Shown here: in pieces, positions 10,951 to 23,287 of the stretch
Numbering within the stretch: the first letter of the stretch is position 1
Layout of the letters: every line of letters begins with the position of its first letter
Assembly: GCF_001194135.2 (NCBI RefSeq)
Contig: NC_068983.1
Coordinates: forward strand, 134,628,545-134,670,303
Length of the DNA stretch: 41,759 nt
Source of the DNA: Octopus bimaculoides
Taxonomy: Eukaryota
Direction: 5' to 3'
Notes under the pieces: model-generated
Database searches by the model: none
Seen by the model: the letters and a program-made list of their open reading frames with translations, nothing else
What the model was told of the DNA's origin: nothing
Program-made: the position numbers and the translations under genes

Positions 10951-13711
10951 CCACAGTTTCTGTCTACCAAATTCACTCACGTGGCATTGGTCATCTTGGG
11001 ACTGTAGTGGAATACACATGCACAAGGTGCTGCACCTGAAACATCAATGTTACAAAGTAAACTTCTTAATTATACAGCCATGCATGCACCTTCAAAAACC
11101 ACAGTCATCTATTCTCAGATCCTCATGTCTTCACTGATTGGGCCATGCATATTGAAATCCTCCAAAAACCTTCATCTGTGCTACCATTATTCCAACCATA
11201 CACCTTGATTAATGGTGCTACAGTGATGTGCAATGAAAAACAAGACAACTAATCATCAAAGCAGATTACACTCTAATTGTTAGTCAAACTATCTACAGCT
11301 GTAGCTTTCCAACCTGCATGTCAGACAGTTTTCTTATTTCTTACAATTAAACATTAATTGCCTACTTTACCTGATTGCTTGTGTTTACAAATACTTTTTA
11401 TTTTACAGCAATACAGCACTTAATTTTACAAACAACTTATTTACAATGTTGTTCCACTTTAGTGAAACAAAAGTGTATTGCCATCTACAAAAGGTTGAAA
11501 AACACAGAACTTTATTGACAGAATGGGTAGATTGGTTATCAAATTAGATGTAACAATTCTCCCATGACAAATGTTAACAGTGTGAGACATGGACCTAACT
11601 TAACAAGTCAGTCAGGTGAATGGAGAAATGTAAAACCATACGTCTTTCACTCAACCAGGTATGTACATGGGAGTTTTCAATATAGATATCACACAACTAT
11701 TATTATTACAGTCTTTCTTACATAAAAGGGCATCAAGCACAAGAAATAAAATATTTTGCTCAAAATTTTATTCCCTTATTTTTTTCATGTGCTATTCACC
11801 ATACTATTATTTTTATTGTTTTAAAATGTCCATTCCTCAAATATCTTTAGTTACCTGATTTCTAAATACATACAACTCTTTAGTTTGGTTACAACTTTAT
11901 ATATATATATATATATATNNNNNNNNNNNNNNNNNNNNNNNNNNNNNNNNNNNNNNNNNNNNNNNNNNNNNNNNNNNNNNNNNNNNNNNNNNNNNNNNNN
12001 NNNNNATATATATGTATATAAATATATATATAAATCATTATTTCTTAGTTTCAAGCCCTTTTTATTTTCATGATACTGTGTATAAAGAAGTGTAGACTAG
12101 GTCATGAAATTACATGCTTTATTACTGGCATTGCTGTTTACACAAATCAATACACAACTTGGTAACCTTGCCAGGCTCCTATTGAATGAATTGAGTAAGT
12201 TTAGCTGATGGATTTATAAGTTACAAGAAATATCACTAGATATTAAATCTCTTGAAATTTGTCCAAACAAAATACAATAAAGAGAGCATATGTGTGTGTG
12301 TTTACGTCCATTTTTGCATGCTAGTATGAGTTAGATAAATTGAGGCATTGTTTTACAATAAAGTGCCCTTCCTGTTGCTAACCCATACCAGTTTTTCATG
12401 TAAGGAATCTTATTTCAGAACTCTTTGAAGGCACAAAGTGAGCAGAAGATTGGTTGAAAAAAGTGGCACCTATCATAACCACACATAGCTTGCAACTTTC
12501 AGAGAGTGCAAATGTCAAACCAATAGTCACACAGATGTACATATATATAAGACTAGTCAGTTTCTGTATACTAAATTCACCTTGAAGGCCCTGGTCAGCC
12601 TAGGGCTATACCAGAAGACACCTGCTCAACTTGTTGTATGGAGGGACCAAACCCAAAAGGTGGTTTTGAAACAAACGTTTCAGCCACACCTGTGTCATAC
12701 ATGCGTGTGTGTGTATGTATATTGTGTGTTGTCTCACTGTGTCTTTGTATTTACATTGTTTGAACTATGCACCTGTTGTAGAATAAATACTACCTATTAA
12801 TATTTCATCTAACACATGCCAGCAAGACAAAATAAAGAAAATAGAAAAGGGAGGAGGTAAAAATGATAATGGTGCATACGTAGAAGACCAAAAAAAAAAG
12901 TGAAAGAGTAGACACCTGAGAAAATGTAAAAGAGAGAGAGAGACATTAAAAGCACTTGTACATGTGAGAGAGAAAAAAACTGAGTATTTGCACATCATGT
13001 TGCTAATAATCTCAACAAAATTCTGGATTTTACAACTCTCAGTTTTCAGTCATAGTGAAGTTAATAGCATAGTCAACCAATAATGAACAATGCTGATCCC
13101 AACACAGCATATTTATTAGATATTTCTCACAATATTGTGTAGCAGAATAAATATTTATTTTTATCCAAGTTCTCCCTCCTCTATCACAATGTGTGTGAAC
13201 CCCCATGCATCACCACCATTGCCAGCACACCTAACAGCTATCTCTAATCCATCTACTGTCCAGACTACATTATATTTAAACTTTGCAAACCAGTCAGTTT
13301 GTCTGCCTTGAAAGTAATTTCGGAGTCGTAACATATATTAAGACTGCAAAATATACACACAGCATTAGCATACATTTTGCCCCCATTTCACTATTGCAGA
13401 CAAAATTTCCTTCTTCAAATATTCTCTCATCTAAAGATACTTGAACACAGAAAATAAGACAGTACATAAACAAGACGCCATGATTTTATCTCAATCTCCT
13501 CCACTCAACTGAAGTTTATTTATAAACTGTCAGTGAAAGCAGTTATAAACTTCAATGCAGCTTCATGTAAATTAACATCATACAAATATAGAGATATGAA
13601 TGCAGTGCAGAGAAAAGCAATAGTTTATATGTTGTATTAGGCATGTAGTTATATGAAACCAGTGATGCCAGCATTGAATTTTATTTATATACACACACAC
13701 ACACACACACA

Positions 13712-13872
13712 TCATCATCATAATCATCATTTAACGCCTGCCTTCCATGCTAGCATGGGATGGACGATTTGACTGAGGACTGGTGAAACCAGATGGCTAC
13801 ACCAGGCTCCAATCTGATTTGGCAGAGTTTCTACAGCTGGATGCCCTTCCTAACACCAACCACTCAGAGAGT
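13712..13872 (-). mobile_element. RTE-type tail, minus orientation
   Basis: Reverse complement of 10555-10712 (atcatcat...ccatgctagcatgg...gatgcccttcctaacaccaaccactc). Confidence 0.8.
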
Positions 13873-14319
13873 ATATTTTTGTGCAGAGATAGAAGTATCA
13901 TGTCAAGGCTGAGTAGGTATAGATCGAGAACTGAGTAGAAGTAAAAGGGGAATGTCAGATGGATTGAGTAATAGGACATGAGAAACAGTCTCAACAGTGC
14001 ACAGTCAAGTTTGAAAAGAATCTACATTCTAAGGTCCTTACTTCTGTAACAAACACTTAAACATTTACTTCTGAAATATCATCTGTATAAATAGAAGAAA
14101 TCAGAAGTTTGTTGATTTTATACTACAGAAAAATAAACATATGGTACATGTATAGTTTAGAAGTGTATGATACAACAAAAATAAGCCTCAAAAGCTATTA
14201 TCATTAACGTCTAATGTTCCATTATAGACATTTGTAATAATGTTGTATTGGGTCTAACGTCCTAAGAACTAATGTTAATACTGAGAACAGGAATAAGAGG
14301 TGTTGAAAATATTCAATTT

Positions 14320-14750
14320 TTATCATCATCACTTTTATGTCTCATGCTTGCATGGGTTTGATGGATCATCTGTAGCAGTATCTTATCATCTGTTGCAGTC
14401 CTTTGTCATCATTGTAAAGTTCAGCCTCTTGTATGTTTTTCTCTTCTGCAGTTTCTTTACATCTGGTTCATTTGGCACTTTATATCTAACTGCCATCATT
14501 CATATGCACCATTTAACAGTACTAGTAATTTCCTGTCTTGCACACTACATCTCGTTTTCTCTTAGACCCATTTTTTATGGGTTCATTTGTACAGTCATTG
14601 ATACACATTGACAGTATGCCTCCAGTACAGTATACTCGTCTCATTTCCTACCAAGCTTTACATTCAATATGCATGATTTGCTGCCATGCAACACTGTGCT
14701 TAATACACGAGCATCATGCAACCTGTCCTCTACTTGAATGGAGTGTCATT
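14320..14750 (-). mobile_element. RTE LINE 3' relic
   Basis: Minus translation SIQVEDRLHDARVLSTVLHGSKS resembles RTE LSLRVKGRLYDACVRSAMLHGSET; ends in a ccatgcaagcatg...gatgatgat tail. Confidence 0.65.
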
Positions 14751-14769
14751 TTATTACTCACAGAGGTAA

Positions 14770-15085
14770 TAGCTCACTGGTTCATAATGTTGAACTTCTA
14801 GAAGTCTCTAATTGTAGGTTTATTATCCCTGTCAATTGCTTCCATAAGTTGTTTGAAAGTTGTGAGGTAATATGCTTTCTCATTAGCTATCACACCTTGA
14901 TTCATTGGCTGCTGCAAAGTACTCTTGGGAATATATTCTATTCTCACATTATCAGAAAACTCATTGAAGTTCACTAGGATGGCTTGGTGCATTGTCTAAA
15001 AGAAGCAGTGCAGTGTTGAAAATATTGTCTGGCACTGTACCTTTCTACAGTAGGACATAAAATGTTTGCAAGCCACTCTTGCAAA
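14770..15085 (-). mobile_element. Tigger/pogo-type DDE transposase relic
   Basis: [13 protein letters not shown] / LLLLDNAPSHP / NVRIEYIP..LQQPMNQGVIA..KAYY across frameshifts; these are DDE_1 (Tigger) motifs. Confidence 0.85.
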
Positions 15086-15087
15086 CC

Positions 15088-15134
15088 ATATATATATACA
15101 CATATATATATATATATACATACATATATACATA

Positions 15135-15197
<63 letters not shown>
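15088..15197. repeat. (TA)n microsatellite with CA interruptions
   Basis: Direct read. Confidence 0.95.
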
Positions 15198-15199
<2 letters not shown>

Positions 15200-16069
15200 T
15201 AAATATTCACTGCAACCTAAGAAAATATACACAAACACGAGTATACACTATATAATTTATGTATGCAAGTACATATGATTATAATTTTTCAAATTGTTAA
15301 CTAGTTTGATGTTAGCTAAATCACTGACAAGTGACCTTTCAGCTAAGCAGAAAATGTAATTTTTAGAGTGAAAGTACAGACTGTATCCTGAAATGGCCAT
15401 GCTTTACAATTCCCTTGAGTGCAAAATGCCATAACCTGAGGTAACTGCAACGTAAAGACGACCTGTACGCATACACACATATATATGTAAATGACATTAA
15501 AACCTTCCTTGGTTGATGTGAAACAAAATATACATGGTTTTAGATGTCTAGCCAAAGACACTTACTTTAGCTTTCTATAAGTAGAAGCCTTACTTGATTC
15601 AGCTTATATAAGCAGAAGCTTTACTCGATTCAGCTATATACAGTATATATAGTTAACATATCCAAATAAATGTCAATTTCAGAAGTAATGAACAGAAGAA
15701 CATCTTTAATATAAATACACACAGATGCTTATATTTGCTGGGTCAAAATGGTGAAAAAAGAAAAAAAGAAAACAAGACATTTGGTGTAAATTCATCCCGT
15801 GGATCAACCATCTGGTCTGTGATTAACGATTTTAAAATGACCTACAGCTACTTTAGATACATTAGCTGCAATCTCAGACAGCATGGAAAGATAAGTTTGA
15901 AATTATACAACTGACTTAACTTTTCTCTCAAACTTAGTTTCCAACTATTCTGGTTCTTTATCTACTGTCTTTTACATGTTTCAGTCAATTGTCTATGGGC
16001 ATACAATCAGAGTTGGTGCAGTGGTTCATAGCAGTCAAAATTTCCTCAAAAAAAACATATACATATATA

Positions 16070-16443
16070 GGTGCAAGTGTGGCTGTGTGGTAAGAAGTTT
16101 GATTCCCAACCACATGGTTCTGGGCTCAGTCTCACTGCATGGTACCTTGGATAAGTGTCTTCCACTACAGCCTCAGGCTGTCCAAAGCCTTGTGAGTTAA
16201 TTTGGCAGACAGAAACTGAAAGAAGCTGGTCATATGTATGTGTCTGTGTGTGTCCTCCACCACTGCCTGACAACTGATGTTGGTATGTTTATATCTCTAT
16301 AACTTAGCAGTTCAGTAAAAGAAACTAATAGAAACAGGCTTTACAAAAAATATTTACTGGGGCTGATTCATTTAACTAAAATTTTTCAAGGTGGTGCTCC
16401 AGCATGGCCAGTCTATTGAGTGAAACAAGTAAAAAATAAAAGA
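16070..16443 (+). mobile_element. tRNA-headed SINE family S2, full length, CpG-decayed
   Basis: ggctgtgtggtaagaagtttg..tcccaaccacatggtt...gtgctccagcatggcc...tgaaacaagtaaaa; homologous to 20052 and 31388. Confidence 0.85.
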
Positions 16444-19306
16444 TATAATCACACCCATTCCTATTCACCATTTTATTTCTGTTTTCCATATTGGTAATGG
16501 GTTGGATGGATTTTCGGTTTCCACTCACAAGGCTTTGATTGGCTGAAAACCCTTAGTTTCCTCTCAAACATTTATAATCCATTCATCTAACTTCTCTGCC
16601 CACATGGGGGTAGAGACCTTGGGTACCTCCCCTATAGAGTGCTATCCAAAGCAACCATCATTACACTTTCCTAACATCTATAAGAACAATTGAAATAATT
16701 AAAAAATAATTACTTATATTATAAATTACTTAAGGAAGGGAAATGAAAAACATTAAAAAACAACAAAGATTGTAAAACAGAGAAATGTGAAGTAGTTGCA
16801 TTTTCCTTCTAAATTGCTGTAATCCAAAAGTAAAATAATAATTGCCATAAAATACATAGTGAAAAGTGAGCATAAATGAAAGTAGTGGCTGGAAGTGGAA
16901 AAAGAAGTAAACCTAGATCAAAAAAATGGAAAATGAAAGTAGGAAAGGAGATGACTTCTGTGAATAAGGGGTTTAGAGAGAGTGTGTGGTGCGAGTTTTG
17001 AGTAATGCTGATGGTATTATTTTAATCAAAATATAACTGGAATTTTTAAGATGTTACTATAATTTTAGATTTATCTGAAACTGTTCTGAAATACTTCTGG
17101 TCACATATATAGATGTATTTGCATAAGAATCACTTGGCCTGTTACTGCATAAACTGTACGAAAATAACAGTTTCAAGACATTCCTAAGATGCTCAATCAC
17201 AGTCATCAATTCAAAAGAGACTTGTGGGAGCTTATATGAAAAGATAGTAAGAAAAAGAAACATGAGTAGATTGCAGAATCAGAACACTAACAAGGCACAG
17301 AGCAATAGTTAAAGTACAAAATAAAACTATGGAATGAAAAAAGAAAAAGAAAGAAAGAAAGAAAAAGAATGAAAGCAGAGCTGAGCCAACAATAACAGTA
17401 AGATTTGCTAATGAGATTCAAGAGTAAAGAAATCAAAGAATTGATGAACAGCTACAAGATTAGAAAATTATACTGAAGAACAAAAGAGAGGCATGGTAAA
17501 TAAATGAAAGAATAAGAGATTAAGAGCTACTGAGAGAATACAAAATGAAAGAAAAAGTAATGGTGACATCAGGAGATTAATAGCTCCCACGATAAAGGTA
17601 AAGTTCAGATTTTGTAACAGTAACATTTATCAGAATGCCTGAAGGATATTATGAATATGCCAAGTCACCTCATTATACCAATTTTAAGAACATTAGCTCA
17701 TATAACTTACTACTTTAGTTTGTTTCATGAAAGGTTGGGCTAAAATAGCTGAATCACATGATCAAATCCCTTTTGTTTTAAAGGATATGGGTTATTCTAC
17801 TGGTACATTTTTTATATGAATCCTAACAGAAGATGAAAGATAATTACTCAATTGTATGTCACTGATTTAATACTGACTAATGAAACTAGTCTTAATCACT
17901 AAGCTAACGATATATCTCTGAAAAAGGGGCACCCTCGATAGAATTAGAAAACGTTGTTTATGCATTGTTTGGGCTATAAAATGCTGTAAGAAGTGGAAGA
18001 TATGGAGCATATACATACAATAGGAAAATAGACAAGCTTCAACATTAAGCATGGAATTTACAAGAAAACTGATAAAAAACTTTATCAGCAGTGGTCAAAG
18101 TAACAATAATATTCAGGAATGCAGCCACTGGATAAAGACTTCTGATTCTTCCTGTTACTTCTTTGAGTTTTCATTCTTTGTCTGCTTATGTTTGTGTTCA
18201 TGATTTGAGCATAATTTTCATATATACATATAAACACAATAGTCTACCATATAACTTCTGTTAAGCAAATTGAACTTACAAAGCTATGATCAAGAGAAGG
18301 CTATAGTATAAGACATCCACTCAATGTACTGTGCAGTAGGATCAAACATGAAATCACATGGTTGCACAGCACACATAGCCATAAGTAACTGCAGAACATT
18401 GGAGATGAGGAATCACATTGTCCTTGGCTGCCAAGTCTCAACCAAGAAAGAATACATTGACAGGCATAAAGCAAATCTAAAAAATATAATTTTTAACCAA
18501 CAAAACTATTAGTTATTACCACTGCTCACTCAAGGTTATAAAAGTTAGTGGTGGAGGGTATCAAATCAACCTCTATGTTACTGGTACTTATTAAATCTTG
18601 AGGGATGAAAAGTCAAGTCAACTGATTTTGAACTCATAATTTTATTAATATGGCATCAAAAGTCAACTACAAACAGATGATGACAGGTTTTTATTGAATC
18701 TGTATGGAAGAAATTTGACCCAGCTCTACACATTTGACAAACTAACTTTACAGTGCAGTTGCTTCTAAAATGTTATTGTGGACCCTACTTACAGCTAGGT
18801 GTAATGGATTATTGAAAGGCAAGAAAATGTCATTGAAATAAAATAACAAGTGAATCTATGTCTCATCAATTTTATTTCAAATTATCCTGCAGTATTGTGT
18901 TCTCAATTTGAAAATAGGTTGTAGGACTGATATTGAAGTATTCCAATCTCTATATTAAATATCAATAGTTGGAAGTTTTACTTCTCTTAATTTATTCAAA
19001 TAAAAGAATTGATAAATGACAACATGTAACCTTCAGAGGAAACAGCTGAATACCAAACATTTACAGACCACATCAAAATGAAGCTGAGAAAAAAAAAAAC
19101 TATTCTGAAATATCAGCCATGAATCCCATTATAATAACATATAATTTCAACAACTGCTGATATTTCCTGTTCTAGGATGGTTCTTCTTCAGACTTTAGTT
19201 TCAGAATTATGAAATATGAGAAGCTTCTTAATATTATGCCAACTGGTGGCTGCTGAAACTGAATAGTCTATCTCTTCTTTCGGTATTGTTCTTCTCATAG
19301 ACCTTT

Positions 19307-19356
19307 CAGTTAGTATGGCATATTAAAATGAACCGCTTAATATGCCATACTAACTG
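19307..19356. repeat. Perfect 20-bp inverted repeat with 10-nt loop
   Basis: cagttagtatggcatattaa-aatgaaccgc-ttaatatgccatactaactg. Confidence 0.95.
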
Positions 19357-19465
19357 CTGATGTATGCTAAACATTACCTGACTACTGAACACCTGGTAAC
19401 AAAACAGCTCAATTAATAATTATATGACTTGATAACTTATCATTACCATCTGATGGCTGTTAAAA

Positions 19466-19549
19466 TATTTCCTATATGCATGAGAAAAACTTGATCTCAT
19501 TACAAACTATTTCCTATATGCATGAGAAAAATTTGATCTCATTACAAAC
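19466..19549. repeat. 42-bp tandem duplication (1 mismatch)
   Basis: tatttcctatatgcatgagaaaaa(c/t)ttgatctcattacaaac, twice. Confidence 0.95.
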
Positions 19550-20051
19550 AAACTACATATTAATTTCTGGTTAGTATAGCACTCTACCACTAATACCATA
19601 TCTCTCTCTCTCTTTTGCTAAGTGGAATAGAGGATAGTTACAGATTTTGTCCACAGATATAAACTCTTAGTTTTCTGACTGCTATTAAATAACCTCTTAC
19701 TGTCTGCTAAATAACATTATTGCTGTTTACTTACCAGCACAAGGATATGTTGTTTCCTTTGGGCTAGTAAGCTGCAAATCCCTCCCCACTCAGGCCTACT
19801 TGAAACAGTCTTGCTCCTCTTCCCATCATCTTATCTCTCAGATCATACACCAAACACTTCACCCAATCCTTCTCTCATAGAACAGCAATAATCTGGAAAG
19901 AAAAATTCCCAAAATGTTCACTAAATATCACATTCTTTCTTCATCTACCAACTTACTGAAAAAAATTTGAGGACTACTACATATCGTGTCCTAGAAATAA
20001 CTGGTTTCTTACCCCCACCCTGTCTGTCTGTCTCTCCAATATATTATATAT

Positions 20052-20404
20052 GCATGGCTGTGTTGCAAGAAGTTTGCTTCCCTACCACATGGCTCTGGGT
20101 TCAGTCCCACTGCGTGGCACCTAGGGCAAGTGTTTTCTACTATATCCTTAGGTTGACCAAAGCCTTGTGAGTGGATTGGTATACGGAAACTGAAATAAGC
20201 CTGTTGTGTGTGTGTGTGTATTTGCACCCCCCCCCCCACTGCTTGACAAAACCAGTGTTGGTGTGTTTATGTCCTTGTAACTTAATGGTTCAGCTAAAGG
20301 GACTGCTAGAATAAGTACTAGGCTTGAAAATAGGTACTGGGGTTGATTCGCTCAACTAAATTTCTATGAGGCAGTGCTCCATCATGGTCACAGTCTAATG
20401 ACTG
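20052..20404 (+). mobile_element. SINE family S2 (runs into gap)
   Basis: Homologous to 16070-16443 and 31388-31735. Confidence 0.85.
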
Positions 20405-20720
20405 NNNNNNNNNNNNNNNNNNNNNNNNNNNNNNNNNNNNNNNNNNNNNNNNNNNNNNNNNNNNNNNNNNNNNNNNNNNNNNNNNNNNNNNNNNNNNNNN
20501 NNNNNNNNNNNNNNNNNNNNNNNNNNNNNNNNNNNNNNNNNNNNNNNNNNNNNNNNNNNNNNNNNNNNNNNNNNNNNNNNNNNNNNNNNNNNNNNNNNNN
20601 NNNNNNNNNNNNNNNNNNNNNNNNNNNNNNNNNNNNNNNNNNNNNNNNNNNNNNNNNNNNNNNNNNNNNNNNNNNNNNNNNNNNNNNNNNNNNNNNNNNN
20701 NNNNNNNNNNNNNNNNNNNN

Positions 20721-21277
20721 AAAACATCTTTTACTCTTAGTCTTCTTAACAAAAAAAAGGAATTCCCAAGTTATTCCATGTTAAAGTTGTCGTATTTCTG
20801 TAATTTCAACCAATCACTGACGTCTATTCAGCTCAATAGAGTTACTGCTGGGCGGTCATAAAAATGTTATTCCCTGTGACATATTTCATCCGGTTTAATC
20901 GTAATTTATACGCATATATTGTTTATATAATAAATTACGCTGTGCGTATCTATGTGTGTAACAATTTTAGAGTTCTGATTCTAGAGTTAGGGTTAGTTTT
21001 AGGGTTACGGTTACGGTTAACAGTCTAGTTAGGGTTAGGGTATTAATACAATATACACCGTTACAGCACTAAATGTTTTCAACTGAATAGACGTCAGTGA
21101 TTAGTAGAAATTATCGAAATAAGACAATTTTTTACATGAAATAAATTCGAATACAAAATTTTTTTTCTGTTGTATAACACAAAATAGATAAGTATACGAA
21201 GTTTGAAAGTCTTTCCGTACCAAAAACACTACATAAAACATAAATGAAAACTGGCGCCCCCGTTTTAAAATAGATCC
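20721..21277. mobile_element. MITE copy B (inverted relative to A; left end in gap), with a telomere-like block
   Basis: Ends actggcgcccccgttttaaaatagatcc. Colinear reverse complement of A, plus an extra TTAGGG-like block at about 20975-21040. Confidence 0.9.
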
Positions 21278-22439
21278 CAATCAGCTGTATTGGATTTAAT
21301 CCCAGTTTCAAAGTGGCTGGGTGAGTGCTTGTTGTGTCTCTAATGTAAAGATTCAGACTAACTTTGTATTTTAAATTAAAAAAAACTCATTAATTATCTA
21401 AACTTCCTACTGCTCTCACTTGACAACTGTATCTCCTTTGGGTAACCTTTTACAAGTCTATTCAATCAGGCCTCTGAATGCTAAATAAGCCATCCTTTGG
21501 TTTGGTTTATTTAGCATTCCAGCACATCTTCAACTAGTAAATAAATGTATCTTCTAATCTTCAAACTTTTAAGGATTATCACTCAATTAATTTCATATGA
21601 ATTAAAAGACTGAGACAAAATGATTCTGGATAGGATGTTACTTTACCTCAGATAACAAATCTGAAACCTAGTTGTATGACCACTAAGTGACTGGAATAGT
21701 GCTTAATTAAGTACACTATGTCAAAACAATGAAGTCTGCTGTACATTTCAGCTCACAACTGGATATCATGTTCACTCAGCCCTTTCACAACTACACCTCA
21801 TCTTCACCACTAGTGAATATTAACTGGTCAATTTCATTATACCAACATAGTGAGTTGAAAGAAGTCATTATGAAAAGAGACTTCCACTACGAAGCAAAAA
21901 CACAATAAATGACTTTCTTTTTACTGTTACTTAGACTGGGAAGAAAGGAAGTGCCTATAGCTCTGCAGAATATTCAAAATTAGCAACAAGTTATTGTTGA
22001 GCCACACATCAGCCATGACCATTCACTCATTTTGCATGTTATGGACTACATTATTCAATCTTCTTGCTGTTTCTTAAGACAGTAGAGCACATATACTGAC
22101 AGATATTTGTCTGCTATTTCTTAAAAATCGATCAACCACATAATGGGTCTTGTTGGTTCATGATGCAGCTGATATTCAGTTTGATCTTCTAAAGGTTAGG
22201 ATGTAGTGGGTGACAGACAAGCAAGGAAAGACAAAAATTCCATGTGTGCAGCTCTATGAAGAAAGGAGCAAGTTGTTTTTTGTATAGGTTGGTGACATAA
22301 ATTGTTAATTTAAAGAAAAAGAAACTATTGAAGTAGATGAAACAGAAGACAACATATCTGCAACCTGTTGGGGACTCAGTGATTGAACCTGATAACATAT
22401 TTTATTAGTCAAAATTTTTTTTAAAATAGGCACAGACAT

Positions 22440-22590
22440 TGCTATGCACAGACTAAGTGATTAAGAAGCTTGCTTCTCAACCATTCAATTTTGGGTTCAG
22501 TCCCACTGCACAACACCTTAGGCAATTGTCTTCTACTTTAACCCCAAGTTGAGCAAGGTTTTGTGAGTGGATTTGCTAGATGGGAACCAA
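22440..22590 (+). mobile_element. SINE family S2, 5' part, decayed
   Basis: aagaagcttgcttctcaacc...gggttcagtcccactgc...ccttaggcaa.tgtcttctac...ttgtgagtggatttg. Confidence 0.7.
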
Positions 22591-22949
22591 GTAGATAAGC
22601 CACACCACCCAGATAAGATTTCACAATGAATGAAGATAAGAATGAGTAATAATATTGCCTACCTTCATCTATAATATTATTCTGATGCAGCTTATGTATT
22701 CAATACTATAACTATGAAATGAAATTGAAGTCTTAATCTAATATATCTACATGAAAATAAAATCAAAGCTATAATCTTCTATAGACACAACTTTTATATT
22801 CTTCATGAGACAATTGACTAGCAAAGAAATATTTTCAATTAAATATATAATCAAGTATAATAGAACATGATAAGAATTTAGAATTATCAAGAAAGAGAAA
22901 TAATTCTTTTTAGGAACAGCGAACTGCATGCATACATTACATACATATG

Positions 22950-23287
22950 ACATCAACCACATTATTGCTGTGAGAGAAAGAGAAAAAATATGCTGTTGTA
23001 GAAATCATCTGCCCTCTAGACACCAATGTGGTCAGAAAAATACAAGAGAAAGGAGACCTCTATGGACCATTGGTAAGGTGTTTGCAAATCCAGTACCATA
23101 CATACACGTCAGCTTCATAACTATTATTGTTGGAGCAATAAGATATATACCAACCCACCTGGAGCAAAGCGTGATTGAACTTCAGTTGCTGGGGAGAAAA
23201 TGCAACTCCTTAATTCACATGTTACAAATGATCACAATATCTGGGACAATAAAAATCTGCAAGACCTATTTAAGATTTAAAGGGTGA
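22950..23287 (+). mobile_element. Non-LTR retrotransposon relic with restriction-like endonuclease (RLE) C-terminus (R4/NeSL/HERO-like)
   Basis: Across frameshifts: VEIICPLDTNVVRKIQEKGDLYGPLVRCLQ..Y / SFITIIVGAIRYIP...LQMITISGTIKICKTYLRF. This fits the RLE tail pattern (P.D.N...K..EK..Y..L; I+VGA.G.+P; GT.KI....L). Confidence 0.7.

Noticed and set aside
13090-13230. CWDQ and GNGG peptides reminiscent of PTDSS1 WWDQ/CNGGG
   Set aside because: Surrounding residues and spacing do not match, and there are nearby stops.
14974-15278. YIYI-repeat ORFs
   Set aside because: Translations of the (TA)n microsatellite.
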